64,000 nucleotides of DNA from Schmidtea polychroa (Eukaryota). Under the pieces are notes generated by a model. That model was not told where the DNA came from. It did no database searches and worked only from the letters and a program-made list of their open reading frames with translations. Position 1 is the first letter of the stretch. Each line of letters opens with the position of its first letter. The stretch lies in NCBI GenBank assembly GCA_044892525.1, contig CM097887.1, forward strand, positions 115,112,397 to 115,176,396, in the 5' to 3' direction. The position numbers and the translations under genes were made by a program. This document shows positions 43,201 to 54,592 of the stretch, in pieces.

Positions 43201-44294
43201 TAAAAATAATTATATTTAATTATTAATTAATTTAATTTGTGTTCGAATTAATAAACATTATAGAATTATGAAATATTAAAATCTGATTTTATTAAAGTTT
43301 CCAAAAATTATATTTTTTTGGAAAATTATCTTATCTTTAATTTGAAATCTTTCGAAAATTCAATAATTTTTATCAAATACAAAATATTTAATTATTATTT
43401 CATATTTTCTACATGCTTGAAATTAATATAAAATCAGTGATTTGCAAATGTTGGTTTTTCAATATTACAGTCGCACCCCTGTTAATGTTGCGAAATTTTC
43501 TCTTAATTATAGCGAATTCCCGTCGCTTCAAAATTGGTATATCAGTAATTTTTAATACTAAATAATTTGATTGGCTCGTATAACGTTGTTTCGGTGAACG
43601 TCGCATTTTTCTGGAACCATTTAACAACATTAGGCTGAGTATTTGAAAAATGAAAATAAACTTTGCAAATTGATTTGAATTATTTGAGTTTTTATCTCTA
43701 ATATTTCGATCACTGGCTACTGCACATATTTTTTATATACATTGTCAATTATGAAAGAAAATTTTAAAGTGGTTACATCTAAAATGAAACTGTTTTCAGT
43801 TCATCCCTCCGGCTGTTAATGTCAATCCTAAGAGGGCCTAAAATAATCTATTATTGATTATTTAAATGTGTTAATTGAAAGTGAACTGGACAAAAAAATT
43901 TTCATAATCTTTTTAAGAATTCCAGAATAACTGGCTCCAGTTGTAAACATTCTTCATTGAAAGAGACTATAAAAATATAATAAGAAAGTTTCGTAATTTT
44001 TAATAAATATATTAATCCAAAAACATTTTACAAGGAACATTTCAAAAATCTATTTTATATAAAATTGTTTTTCATTTCGTTTAGATTATAAATCAATATT
44101 TGTAATAATTATAAATTAATACTTATGGTAACTATAAATATTGATGGATAATCAAATAAGAAATGGAAAACAATATCAGTGATGAGAAAAATATAAAAAA
44201 ACAGCTAATTTCAAAATCATAAATAGATAAAAGCTTACATTTCATTTTAAAAATAACCGGGACAGCTGGACATTACAAATAATTTAAAGTTATA

Positions 44295-44987
44295 TTAAAA
44301 GAAAAACTCAGTCAATATTTCCCGTGGTTTCTTTTCTTTGCGCTTTAAACATATTTCCACGGATTGAAAGAGAAAAACTCCAATTAAAATAATTGCTGCC
44401 AAACTGAAAATGATCATAATCCACAAATGTTCCATTAAAATATCCAAAAATGATTTGAGAATAGGCTGCTTATTTATTAGCAGGGTCGACCTATAGATTA
44501 CAGTTTGATTTAAACTTGCCCATTTTTCATCAAATTGATTGTAGAGACCATCAATTTCATTATGAGAATAGGTAAATGCCATCACATTGAATTGTTTATT
44601 GGTAGCGATTTCTCGAAATCTCAATTTTCCATTTATCGACATAGATTGAAATGTATAATTTGAAATGGAAAACAATTGTGGAGTGCCATAGTTAATTTCC
44701 TTGTAAGACAGCTTTGATAGAAATATCAGCGATTTAACTTCTTTATTGAAAGCTAGAAATATGATGACGCGATCTAGTTCTTTTACTTTTGAGGATTTTG
44801 TAAACGAAATGTTGAATTTATAGTCAGTCAACTCTTCCAATGGAAATGTCGCATTGAATTGGAATCTTGGTGCCAAAGGAAGGGGTACAACTGGATCGTA
44901 CTTGGAGTATTTGAATTTAAAATTCGTTCTCTGACAAGCATTTAATAGTGCAAAAAGTGATAATAATATCAATAATTCAATTTTCAT
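44295..44987 (-). CDS. Type I membrane protein paralog B (inverted duplicate of 21764..22450)
   Basis: Core nearly identical to paralog A; ATG of MKIELL at 44987; ~100 bp of 3' flank also shared. Confidence 0.8.
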   Translation of the reverse strand: MKIELLILLSLFALLNACQRTNFKFKYSKYDPVVPLPLAPRFQFNATFPLEELTDYKFNISFTKSSKVKELDRVIIFLAFNKEVKSLIFLSKLSYKEINYGTPQLFSISNYTFQSMSINGKLRFREIATNKQFNVMAFTYSHNEIDGLYNQFDEKWASLNQTVIYRSTLLINKQPILKSFLDILMEHLWIMIIFSLAAIILIGVFLFQSVEICLKRKEKKPREILTEFFF

Positions 44988-47437
44988 GCTGATTATCGCT
45001 AAACTCAAATTTAAATAAAACAATTTTAATCAATTTTAAAACCTAATTTTGATAATTTAAGTTTAAAATATATATTAAAACTAAATAAATTTAAATGATG
45101 CTGAAAATTTAAATATCTAAAATATATGGTTAAAATTTCTTTGAAAATAAAATTTTCTATTCCAAACACTAACTTAAAAATGATTTATAAAATGACCAAA
45201 TTTATATGAAATAAAATTATTAATTTTAAGTGTTTATATCAATTTTTATCTAATGCATTTGGTAACATATTACCCAATGAAATTTCAGCAATTATTTGAA
45301 TTTTTTGAGTCGATTTTAGTCAGAGGATTGAAAACAAAACACGAAGCAATTATAAATATAAAATGAATTTTATTTATTATTTCAAAAATTAAATAATTTA
45401 TTTATTAGATTATTTACTAGTAGTAAAAACAAATAATTGAGGTCCGCTTTGTGAAAATTTCACGTAGTTTTCTTTTTGCAAATTTTAGGTCAACTTATTT
45501 ATTTTCGGTTTGCAACGCAATTTCCACTAATAGTTATGGAATTTTGAAGCTATTTCACTAGAAGTTATATTAGAATAATTAGCAACTGAGTTTAATAAAA
45601 GGAATCCATACTTAGTTAATTCCAAATTAGTTATCCCAGGGCAATCTTAGTAAATAATGCTTCAAATATACACTTCTCTAATAGAAAAATCCCAGCTCAT
45701 ACTCATTGGAGCGTACTTCTCTTTTCCATAATTGGTTACTTTTCGTATTATCTCGTAATTTTGATTCTAATAGCTAGAGTTATAACTTTACTCTTTTTAA
45801 TTGATATCACTAAAGGAATCAAACTTATTTTTATCAGACTTCAACAGATTGACAAGCTACTTTTTAATTGTGTCTGTCAAACTCAGTTATTAAGATTTCC
45901 AACCGGAAGTTGAGTAAAAATTAGTATTCGATATGAAGTATATTATGATTCAGTTCCTTATCTTTTCAATCGAAATAAGAAATTCAACACATCAAGTTTT
46001 ATTTTACTACAAAACCACAATTGTTTCAATTTTCACTAACAAACAAACGACATATCTCTAAAATATACATCTGGGTGTTGGTTCTTTAATTTTAGATTTT
46101 CGTTCTTGCTTGTACTCTTTCCTTTCTTCGACTTTTATAGAAATTCGACTATATTTTTCGCTCCTTTTATTTATCGTTCTCTTCTTCACTCATTTGCAAA
46201 TTAAATGACGAGTACACCAGCAGACGAAAAATGTCAATAAAATAATATTTTATTTTAGGTTGACAGTCAGCCATCACTCAAATGTTTTAATTAAATTAAT
46301 TAATTGATTTTGTATTTCTTAAATATCATTACTTGGTGTATCAATTGATTTTAAATTATTATATTAATATTCAGCTTTTCCTTTGCCCATAATTCCCAAC
46401 CCCCTCAAATATTTAAAAGTTTATATTTTATCAATTTCAAATTAACGGTTTGTGGGTGTTCACTTTTCAAGTGGGTTAGAGACAAATAGGGTCTTTTTAA
46501 AACCCTCACAACTTCCTTAAAATTTATAAAAGAAAATGATTGTTTTACTGTATTATCTGCTTTGAAAAAACATTCGACTACATCTTTGAAATCAAGTTAT
46601 CAGCAGAAAGGGTAAGATTGTTGTTTTATCTAATATAAATGGAAGTACATTTATTGAATATTACAGTTAAACATAATCTAAACAGTGTATTTATTATAAA
46701 ATGTTAGAGGAATTCATTGAAAAATTTTATTTTGTCATACAGTAAACCATTTATGGTCTTCTAAGTGGGATATATACTATAGTCTCTTATTGTGAATGAA
46801 ATAGTTCCTTCTTCATTTATTACTTTTACACTATCATTTTTGACAGAATCCTATTGTATTATTCAATAAATAAAATAATAAATGAATAAATAAATAAAAT
46901 TACTTGGGGGAAAATCGTCATGAAACTCGGAAAAGAAAAGGTGAGTAAAAATAAAGGAAAATGAGAAAGAGGAATGAAACAAAAGAAATCAGACCGAATC
47001 CGCAAAAGGGAAAAACTAGAAAGTAAAAGCTAATCTCATCAAAGTGATAAATGAGATTCCTAACAATCCATTATGTTGGAACCAAATTAAGGACGATTGA
47101 TAAATTTTGTAAATTATGGTAGAGTAGGAGTAACAGAAAAGGCAGTGTATATTTTAAAGTTGAAGTTATAATAATTTGTAATTTTCAAATGTTCTTTATT
47201 TGAAATTTGTTTAAAATTACTGAAATGCCAGTTAAATTGATATTAAATAAATCTGTAATTATTTAACATTTTAAATAACTTAATATTTATTTAAAATAAT
47301 GCTAAAAGTGTTCATTTAAAGATTGATCATAATGTTTATTCATATATAATAATAAATATTATTTTACTTTTAAATTATATTTTGTTTTAATATGTTTTAT
47401 TTTATGTTATAAAACATCAATACTTTTAAATTAAATA

Positions 47438-48064
47438 ATGAATGTCTTTTTTAATGTTTTATGTATTATTAGCGGCATATGTGTAGAGAATCAAGGGAAA
47501 CAGAAAAATCACAACCTAACATCGTTTCATATATCGTTCCCAAACACCAAATTCAATGATTATTCCAATACCATTTTTAAGATTTCTCTAAATTCGGACT
47601 TAATGCCATATTTTGATAAATTAGTTATTATTTTTCTAATTCATGATTCATGGAAAGTATATAAATCTAGCATAATTTATTCACAGAAGAAAGTGAATAG
47701 ATATATTAATGATTATTTTACCTTGGAAGATCTTCAAACTAATAATCAAAGTTTATATGGAATTTTGCGTTTTAAAGAATTATCAAATGAAACTGATTTC
47801 ACAGTATTGTCAATTCCTCATTTTAAATATACAAATGAAAGTATTTTCATTAAAAATTGGAAAACTTTCAATAATTGGATAGTTTATGAGAAGCATTTAA
47901 TTCTTGACCCATTGACTTTGGCAGATAAATTTTTGTATATTTCTAAAGTATCTATAACTTTTCAGATCATTTTTTGTATTTTGATCGCTGGAATTTTGTC
48001 AATTGTAACAGTTAAATTATTAGATGTTTTCTTTATTATTTTGAAATTTATAAGTAAATTATGA
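47438..48064 (+). CDS. Distant paralog C of the same membrane-protein family
   Basis: FHISFP..DY..FKISL..DKLVIIFL versus FNATFP..DY..FNISF..DRVIIFL; GILRFKEL versus GKLRFREI; WKTFN..VY versus WASFN..IY; C-terminal TM. Confidence 0.7.
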   Translation: MNVFFNVLCIISGICVENQGKQKNHNLTSFHISFPNTKFNDYSNTIFKISLNSDLMPYFDKLVIIFLIHDSWKVYKSSIIYSQKKVNRYINDYFTLEDLQTNNQSLYGILRFKELSNETDFTVLSIPHFKYTNESIFIKNWKTFNNWIVYEKHLILDPLTLADKFLYISKVSITFQIIFCILIAGILSIVTVKLLDVFFIILKFISKL

Positions 48065-48569
48065 AATGTTTGTCATATAATATATCTTAAAAATTGCTTA
48101 TTTATGTAATTTATGTTATTATTTCATTTGATTGAATCTTTTACATTGTATTTTATTAATTTGACTCATTATTTTTTGAGAGGTACACTAATTAGGATTT
48201 TGTATTTTTATCGCAATTAGAATTTTTAAATTTTCATGTACAGTAAACACTTGACATGATGTTAAAGGTAGACCAACGACTTACCTGAATAAGCGTGTAA
48301 TGTTGAAGATATATCCAAGCGTTAGAATTGTTTTTAGAATTTATCTCAGTATTCCATCGAAAAAAACCATCTAAAATGCTGCATTGGACAAATTATTTAT
48401 CACTTCAGACGTGTGATAAACCTTTGCAAATAATTGCCGATTCTCTATGTCCCACATTGTCGATGAAATAAAAAGCTCAGAAAATTGTTGAACAAAAAAT
48501 GATTTTAGTCGATAAAAATAAACAGAAAGTTTTGACTAGAATGCATTAGTCATGCAAATGTAGTCTTAA

Positions 48570-48839
48570 ATTGATTTTAAATCCAAACACGTAAAGAGGA
48601 GTAAATATAAGAAGATCCAAGTGCGTGCTCTGGAGAAACAACTCATCCAGCGGGTCATCGACACGGTGCTGACTGAACGGATCCGATTTTTGCAACCCGA
48701 ACTGGCTGAAATCTACTCACCGATTCTGGCTAGTAAACCCAAGCGCAAACGAAAGGGGCGCGATACACGGGGGAAGTTAAAGAAACTCCGACTAACCGAA
48801 AAAAAACGGCTGATTGATCAAGAATCAACCCAAGTGTGA
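48570..48839 (+). CDS. Small basic ORF, possibly an accessory gene remnant of a related element
   Basis: Locally GC-richer, open from 48570 with no ATG; KPKRKRKG cluster; TGTAAATA (48847) and AATAAA (48864) right after the stop. Confidence 0.35.
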   Translation: MDFKSKHVKRSKYKKIQVRALEKQLIQRVIDTVLTERIRFLQPELAEIYSPILASKPKRKRKGRDTRGKLKKLRLTEKKRLIDQESTQV

Positions 48840-49238
48840 CGTGACTTGTAAATACGTGTATGAAATAAAGATTTTGATGCAATTGTGTAAAATTTCCGGG
48901 TATGTTTGATGTCTGGTTGAAGAGATAACGAAAGAGTTGTTTTGGAAAACAGTCAAGTTAAGGGACCAGAGCTAATCGGACGCATATCTTCTCTCCATAG
49001 TCCGTAAACCCAAAGAGTGAGCTCACTTTTTGCGAGAGCTCAACCCTTTGATACATTAGCCAAACATATAATATTGGTTAATTTAACTGGAAACTTCTTA
49101 ATCAACTTCCTGATGTCAAGTAGTTGTTCGTCACTTTTCTTGCCTAGTTTTATTCAGTATCATTCAGCAGTGAAGCACATCGAAAAAAGGTTTTCGGGCC
49201 GACTTAGGCGCGTCCGCCAAACAAACTAGAGGAACACC

Positions 49239-49531
49239 TGTTACGAATCTGACGTCCCAAATACCAAAACAAGAGACACGAGATAAGTTAGAGATCCGCT
49301 CACTCAAATTTATGATTCTGTGACTTGAAGCGACGGGTCATCAAAGATCAAGCAACCTATATATCACCAGCAAAATGTTGTCGGTCAGCATCTGGAATTT
49401 TTTACGACGAATCGAATAAACCACAGAAGGAGAATCTCAACGAATCAATGCAAGCCAGGGAAGAAGGATAGAGCCCGACAGAAGAAGGCCCAAGTTACGG
49501 GTCATGCTCGCGAAGCCTCAAACAAATAACA
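49239..49531 (+). repeat. LTR-like segment
   Basis: TGTTA...TAACA ends, TATA-like CCTATATAT (~49357), AATAAA (~49414), purine-rich GAGGAACACC upstream; no TSD and no TGG PBS. Confidence 0.3.
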
Positions 49532-49719
49532 ATGCCAGGTGAGTGGACTTAGAGCAATTAACGACATCAAATTCAAATAAAATTCACGGATTCGAAAAAT
49601 TTTCTTTGTATTGTGTTGTTAAAAATTTGATTGTAGAGAATTAGGAACCGAAACATAAGTCGAACAAATACCTTATTAAGTAAACCCAAAACCCATTTGA
49701 ATGCTTGATGAGTATAGTG

Positions 49720-49935
49720 CACACGATTCAAGATTAAAGTCCCGTAGAAGATAAAATAAAAAATTACAAAAGATTGCCCAATTTATAGGAGCCGAGATTT
49801 CAGCTGACTTAATTGGTTCTATTGTTAATAAAATTTGTTTAATTAAGTTCCTTTCTATTTTATCTGTTAATAATCGTATTACTCTCACGCATTCACCCCA
49901 ACTGTCCCGAGACAGTTTATTTTTTACAGGAGACT
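49720..49935 (+). repeat. Dispersed repeat homologous to ~57430-57670
   Basis: TTGCCCAATTTATAGGAGCCGAGATTTCAG versus TTGTCCAATTTCTATGAGCCGAGGTTTCAG; ACCCC..TGTCCCG..GGAGACTC shared. Confidence 0.65.
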
Positions 49936-50495
49936 CAGCTGGGTTAACAATAACAAGCAATAAAAACACTTTTATATTTGTATGTTTATATATCTGTGTA
50001 ACGGCTTTCTTATTGAATCATCTTATAAAAAAAATTAATTGAGGTTTTTAATGATATTTATCTTAAATGCAAATTTAAAGATAAAATGTCATTTTTTTCG
50101 CAGAACACGGGTTGAGAACCACTAACTTAATGACATAAATGACAATAAAGGTTTTTTAATGACAGTCTTATTTGAAAAGAATCAATACAGCAGTAAATCT
50201 TTATAAACTATTGAATGCAAAATTGTGAACCCATTCGTTACTAGGATTGTACGTATACGTATGCAGATTGTAAATATAATATACGTAAAAAGATTGTATA
50301 TTTTTGGGAAATTAAAATTTTTAATTCGTTTAACTGGAAATTACTTTGCCTGACTATAGTCAGAACCCCTTAACTAATGTTTGCAAATAAACCGCCTTTT
50401 TACAAACCGCAGTTTCCGGTTTTCAATTTTCAATTTGATCAAATATACACAATGATTTATACTAATAACAAGAAAATTATTTCATTTTTGTAATA

Positions 50496-50551
<56 letters not shown>

Positions 50552-50619
50552 AAACAAAAACATTACAAAATTCAAAAGGAATAAAAAATTAAAGTCAAAA
50601 ATTCATACGTTTAGAAATT

Positions 50620-52544
50620 ATTTATTCTAAAATATTTAAAAAAAATTAGAGAATTCAATGAGTAATCGCTAAGGCGAGATCTTAATTTCCGGCTGAAATT
50701 AGCTGAAACTGAAAATACTCTTTCAGATTCGGTGGATGTTGGGCGTATCGTTAAAATTGCGTCATACAATTGTTGAAGAATTATAGTTCTCTTACCGGTT
50801 TTCTTATAAATTGAAAATTCATCTCTTAGAGAACTAAATTATTTTTCTACTCCCTCTTTGGCAGCCTTATTTATTGCAGCATTGATTTCATCTTGCAGAG
50901 AAGCAATGTCGCCATCAATGCTCACATCATCTAAGCTTTCTCCATAATTTTCATCTGCTGATGTCGCTATATGAAGGTATAATCTACTTAGAAAACTTGA
51001 ACCAAAATTTAAAATTTCTTTTGTTGGTACTTTTTGTTGAAGAAGGCAGGATAACAAAGAGTTTAACTCAATATTCTCACGTGAACACAATCTTGCTTTG
51101 ATATTATCTTTAAGTTCATCAATTTTGGAAAAACTTGTTACTTCATTGTCATCTAGCTTCTTCAATAAGAAATTAATTGCACCTTTGGCAGTTATTAAAT
51201 TCGCATCCTTTCTACCCAACGCAAGAACAGTCAGTAATAATGGTTCCATAATGGCGCACAACTGTTTAAGCACTTCAAAATCGATTCCTCGAATTAAATT
51301 ACAAACATTTAATTCTTTTAATACTTCTTCGATGGGTTTACTACATTTTAAAAATGTCTTTACCATAGGATGAATTGAATTCCATCTATGTTTCACATCA
51401 AGTTTTAGATGTAGTTCATGACCAAGTTCGATACAAATTTTTTGTTGCAAAATGTCATTACGAACTGTTGAGTTTTTGAAAAATTTCACTATAGCACAAA
51501 CTTTATTTAATATCTCGGCTAGATTGATTTCTTCGGAAACTTCGGATTCGGTATCATCATTGTCAAACAAAGACCCTTCGTCATCTCTATCAAATTCATC
51601 ATCTTCATTATTATCGCTGTCGTCTTCAGCTTCATTATCGAAATTATCGCTATGATTTTTTGATTTTTTGCAATAAAATGTATTAGAAACAGCAAGGTAA
51701 AGACCATGATTTAAACATAATTGGACTTCAGCTGGACATTCTCTACCGTATTTAACCATAACACTAGCCCCATCGTTGGTGGTAGCTACAATGTCTTTTT
51801 CGAAGGACAGATGGGAAATTTTAAGATGGTTAGCCACGGTCAGGTGAATCTTTGCCGAGATGCATGATCCAATAATTCTTACCAATCCTAGGTTCAATAC
51901 TTTACCTGTCTTATCATGTACATTTATGTTCATATAACGGCGTTGTCGAGAACTTACCCATTCGTTCAAAGTTATACTAAATTTATCACCTATTTTTTGG
52001 CCTCATCAAAAAAACTTACATGAAGTTTTTTCTTTTTTTCATATTCGGCGCGAATAAGTGCCATTGTTCCACTTTCACTTTTAGGTAATTTATAGCCCTT
52101 TTCAGAAATTGCATGTCGAATAAAATTTGACCTTGTAATGACTCTAATTGAAAAGCCGTCTTTTGTAGCCAACTCGCCAACAATTTCTCCAAGACTTGCT
52201 TTTTTCATAAAATCAACTATTGACGTTTTTTGTTGTAATTTTGAGTTCCCATTTCCACTTGTTGAAGCAACGTTTGTTAGGGAATCATCGTGCGATCTTT
52301 TACAAGAAATCTTATGAATATTTCGCATGTGATTGATCATTGCAGGCGTAGAACCCTTAGAATTGTTCACTTCTGTTCCACATTTTTTACATTTAGCTTT
52401 CAACATTTTAAACTTTTTTTCAACATAATTATATTTTGAAAACCGTAAACTGCGGTTTTGCGACGAGGTTTACGGTTTCGGTTTTTGAGGTTGAAAACCG
52501 CGGTTTCGGTTTCCGGTTAACCGAACCGTGCAAACCGTACCCTA
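50620..52544 (-). mobile_element. Decayed ZBED-type hAT transposon; transposase in three frames
   Basis: BED finger CKKC..HMRNIH (51990..52406); core 50839..51969 (NDGASVM, CLNHGL, DVKHRWNS); PTSTESERVFS at ~50700; 5' end TAGGGTACGG at 52544 with AACCG subterminal repeats; other TIR not found. Confidence 0.85.
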
Positions 52545-53211
52545 AACCACCGTGTTTTTAACTAAAGGAAAATGGTGATATTGATTTTGAAGATAGACTT
52601 AATATTTAAATTTTCCCAAGGGGTGATGCGTGATAATTCATACTGATTTAAAATGCTCATATCTTGTTATTAAAAGTACATAAAATTTTATATTTATTTA
52701 AAAATATTGTTAAAATATATTTTAATTTTCGGCTATTTTAAGGGGCCTAACGTTTTATTCTGCACATAGAATCTCAAACGAATTGAATCTGCTTCTGTCA
52801 AAATGAATCCAACAAAATTGAAACTTCCTTTACAACACAAATTTACAAAGAATTCGAAACAAATTTATCGCACAAAATACAAAATCATCTATGACAGTTA
52901 TTATTCAAGCATACGAATCTAAAATATAACCGATATTTTAATAAGTTTTGTTAAATCATTTTTTGTATTCGATTTGTATTAGCAATAATGACTAAGTGGT
53001 TCTAATATTAATTAAGGGATAATTTAATTTAATAAATAATTTAATTGTTATTATTATCTTTGAATTTAGTTATATTTTGCAAGATCTAACATTTTTATTT
53101 TTATTTACTTGCACATTCCTTACTAGCTTTCTTTGACTATTTCAACCGACACTTAATATTGCTAATCAGTCATATATACTTTTAACTTCTTTCTCCTATT
53201 ACTTTCCCGAA

Positions 53212-54592
53212 TTCTTATCAAGGTCAAATATTTTAAGGTAAAGGTCAACTTTTTTTTTAAATTTGAAATTCGAGAGTTCCCGCCAAGGGATATTATTATT
53301 TGATAACTCGTTTTAAATGTCATTGAAAGGGTTATAACCAGTGGTGAGCTATGCATGTCCCGCGGGTGCTCAGGAGAGCCCCTTGTTGTTCTTTCCACTG
53401 TGATTTTGCTCTTCACTTCAAATTAAAATTTCTATTGTTTTGGTAGTAAACATTTTAAAACAATTTAACCGCATTTGTATATCAAAAAAATTTTCTGGCC
53501 ACTTTTATATTTTACTAAAAAAGCAAATTCGGAAAAAAGCATTTTTTCTGCACGAAAAACATCTAAATTTTTTTTGCGAGCCCTTTGTTGTTTTTTCACA
53601 GCTCACCANNNNNNNNNNNNNNNNNNNNNNNNNNNNNNNNNNNNNNNNNNNNNNNNNNNNNNNNNNNNNNNNNNNNNNNNNNNNNNNNNNNNNNNNNNNN
53701 NNNNNNNNNNNNNNNNNNNNNNNNNNNNNNNNNNNNNNNNNNNNNNNNNNNNAGACGTAAGGGTACTGATATCTCTTAACATGTCGCAAGGGTATATAAA
53801 TCTAATTATTATTTCATTATTATTATTAATATTTTTATTTTATTATTATTGTTGAGGATACCTAAATAACAATTTATTAATAAATAAATAAAATTACCTG
53901 GGGAAGATCGTCATGACAAACGGGACGATCTATGGGAACTCAGAAAAGAAAGCGGAAGCATAAAGAAATGAGAAAGAGGAAGGAAACAAAAGTAATCAAA
54001 CATGAAAATGAAAAATCAAGGTCTGTACTAATTAATTTTGAAATCAGGAAAAAAGGAAAACAACAATCTCGACAGCCAGCCAGTGATAATGTAATTGCTG
54101 GAAGGTGGTCAAACAAAAAAGGGAAAGTATCTCGACATCTGTCAGAGATAAGGCTGACATAGCGGGGAACACAGAAGAAAATGGAAATGGGATAACAAAA
54201 TCTGTCGCCAGTGCCATAAACAAAATAACTATATAATGGAAAACTGGTGGACACGAAATCAGAACAAAATTGGGAAAAGTGGGAACAAATTTGAGACAAT
54301 TTGGGAGGTAATTTGGAAGACAATTATAGAGACGAATTTGGGAATTAAAATGATTGGAGAAAAATTAGACGTCGTACGAAACGTTGGAGAAACGATTATG
54401 AAGAATAATTGTTGGAGAAGATTTGAATACAGGAATTAATTGAAAATTTAAAGGACTGTGCATTATAGCCCTTCCAATGACCTTTAAAACGAGTTATCAA
54501 ATAATAATAATTTCCCTTGGCGGGAACTCTCGAATTTCAAATTAAACAAAAGTTGACCTTTACCTTAAAATATTTGACCTCGAAAAGAATTT
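53212..54592. repeat. ~125-bp inverted repeat pair (53212-53337 and 54464-54592) spanning an assembly gap
   Basis: AGGTCAAATATTTTAAGGTAAAGGTCAAC...GAGAGTTCCCGCCAAGGG...GGG(T/C)TATAA present in opposite orientations. Confidence 0.75.
53609..53752. other. Assembly gap (N run)
   Basis: Ns in the sequence. Confidence 1.

Noticed and set aside
43409-43630. 73-aa basic ORF near paralog B
   Set aside because: No recognisable homology or gene signals; may be chance.
53440-53855. ORFs spanning the N run (also 60955..61164)
   Set aside because: Artefacts of gap translation.
53870-54440. ORFs 53932 and 54236 and the repeat shared with ~46880-47000
   Set aside because: Purine-rich dispersed repeat without coding hallmarks; family not identifiable.
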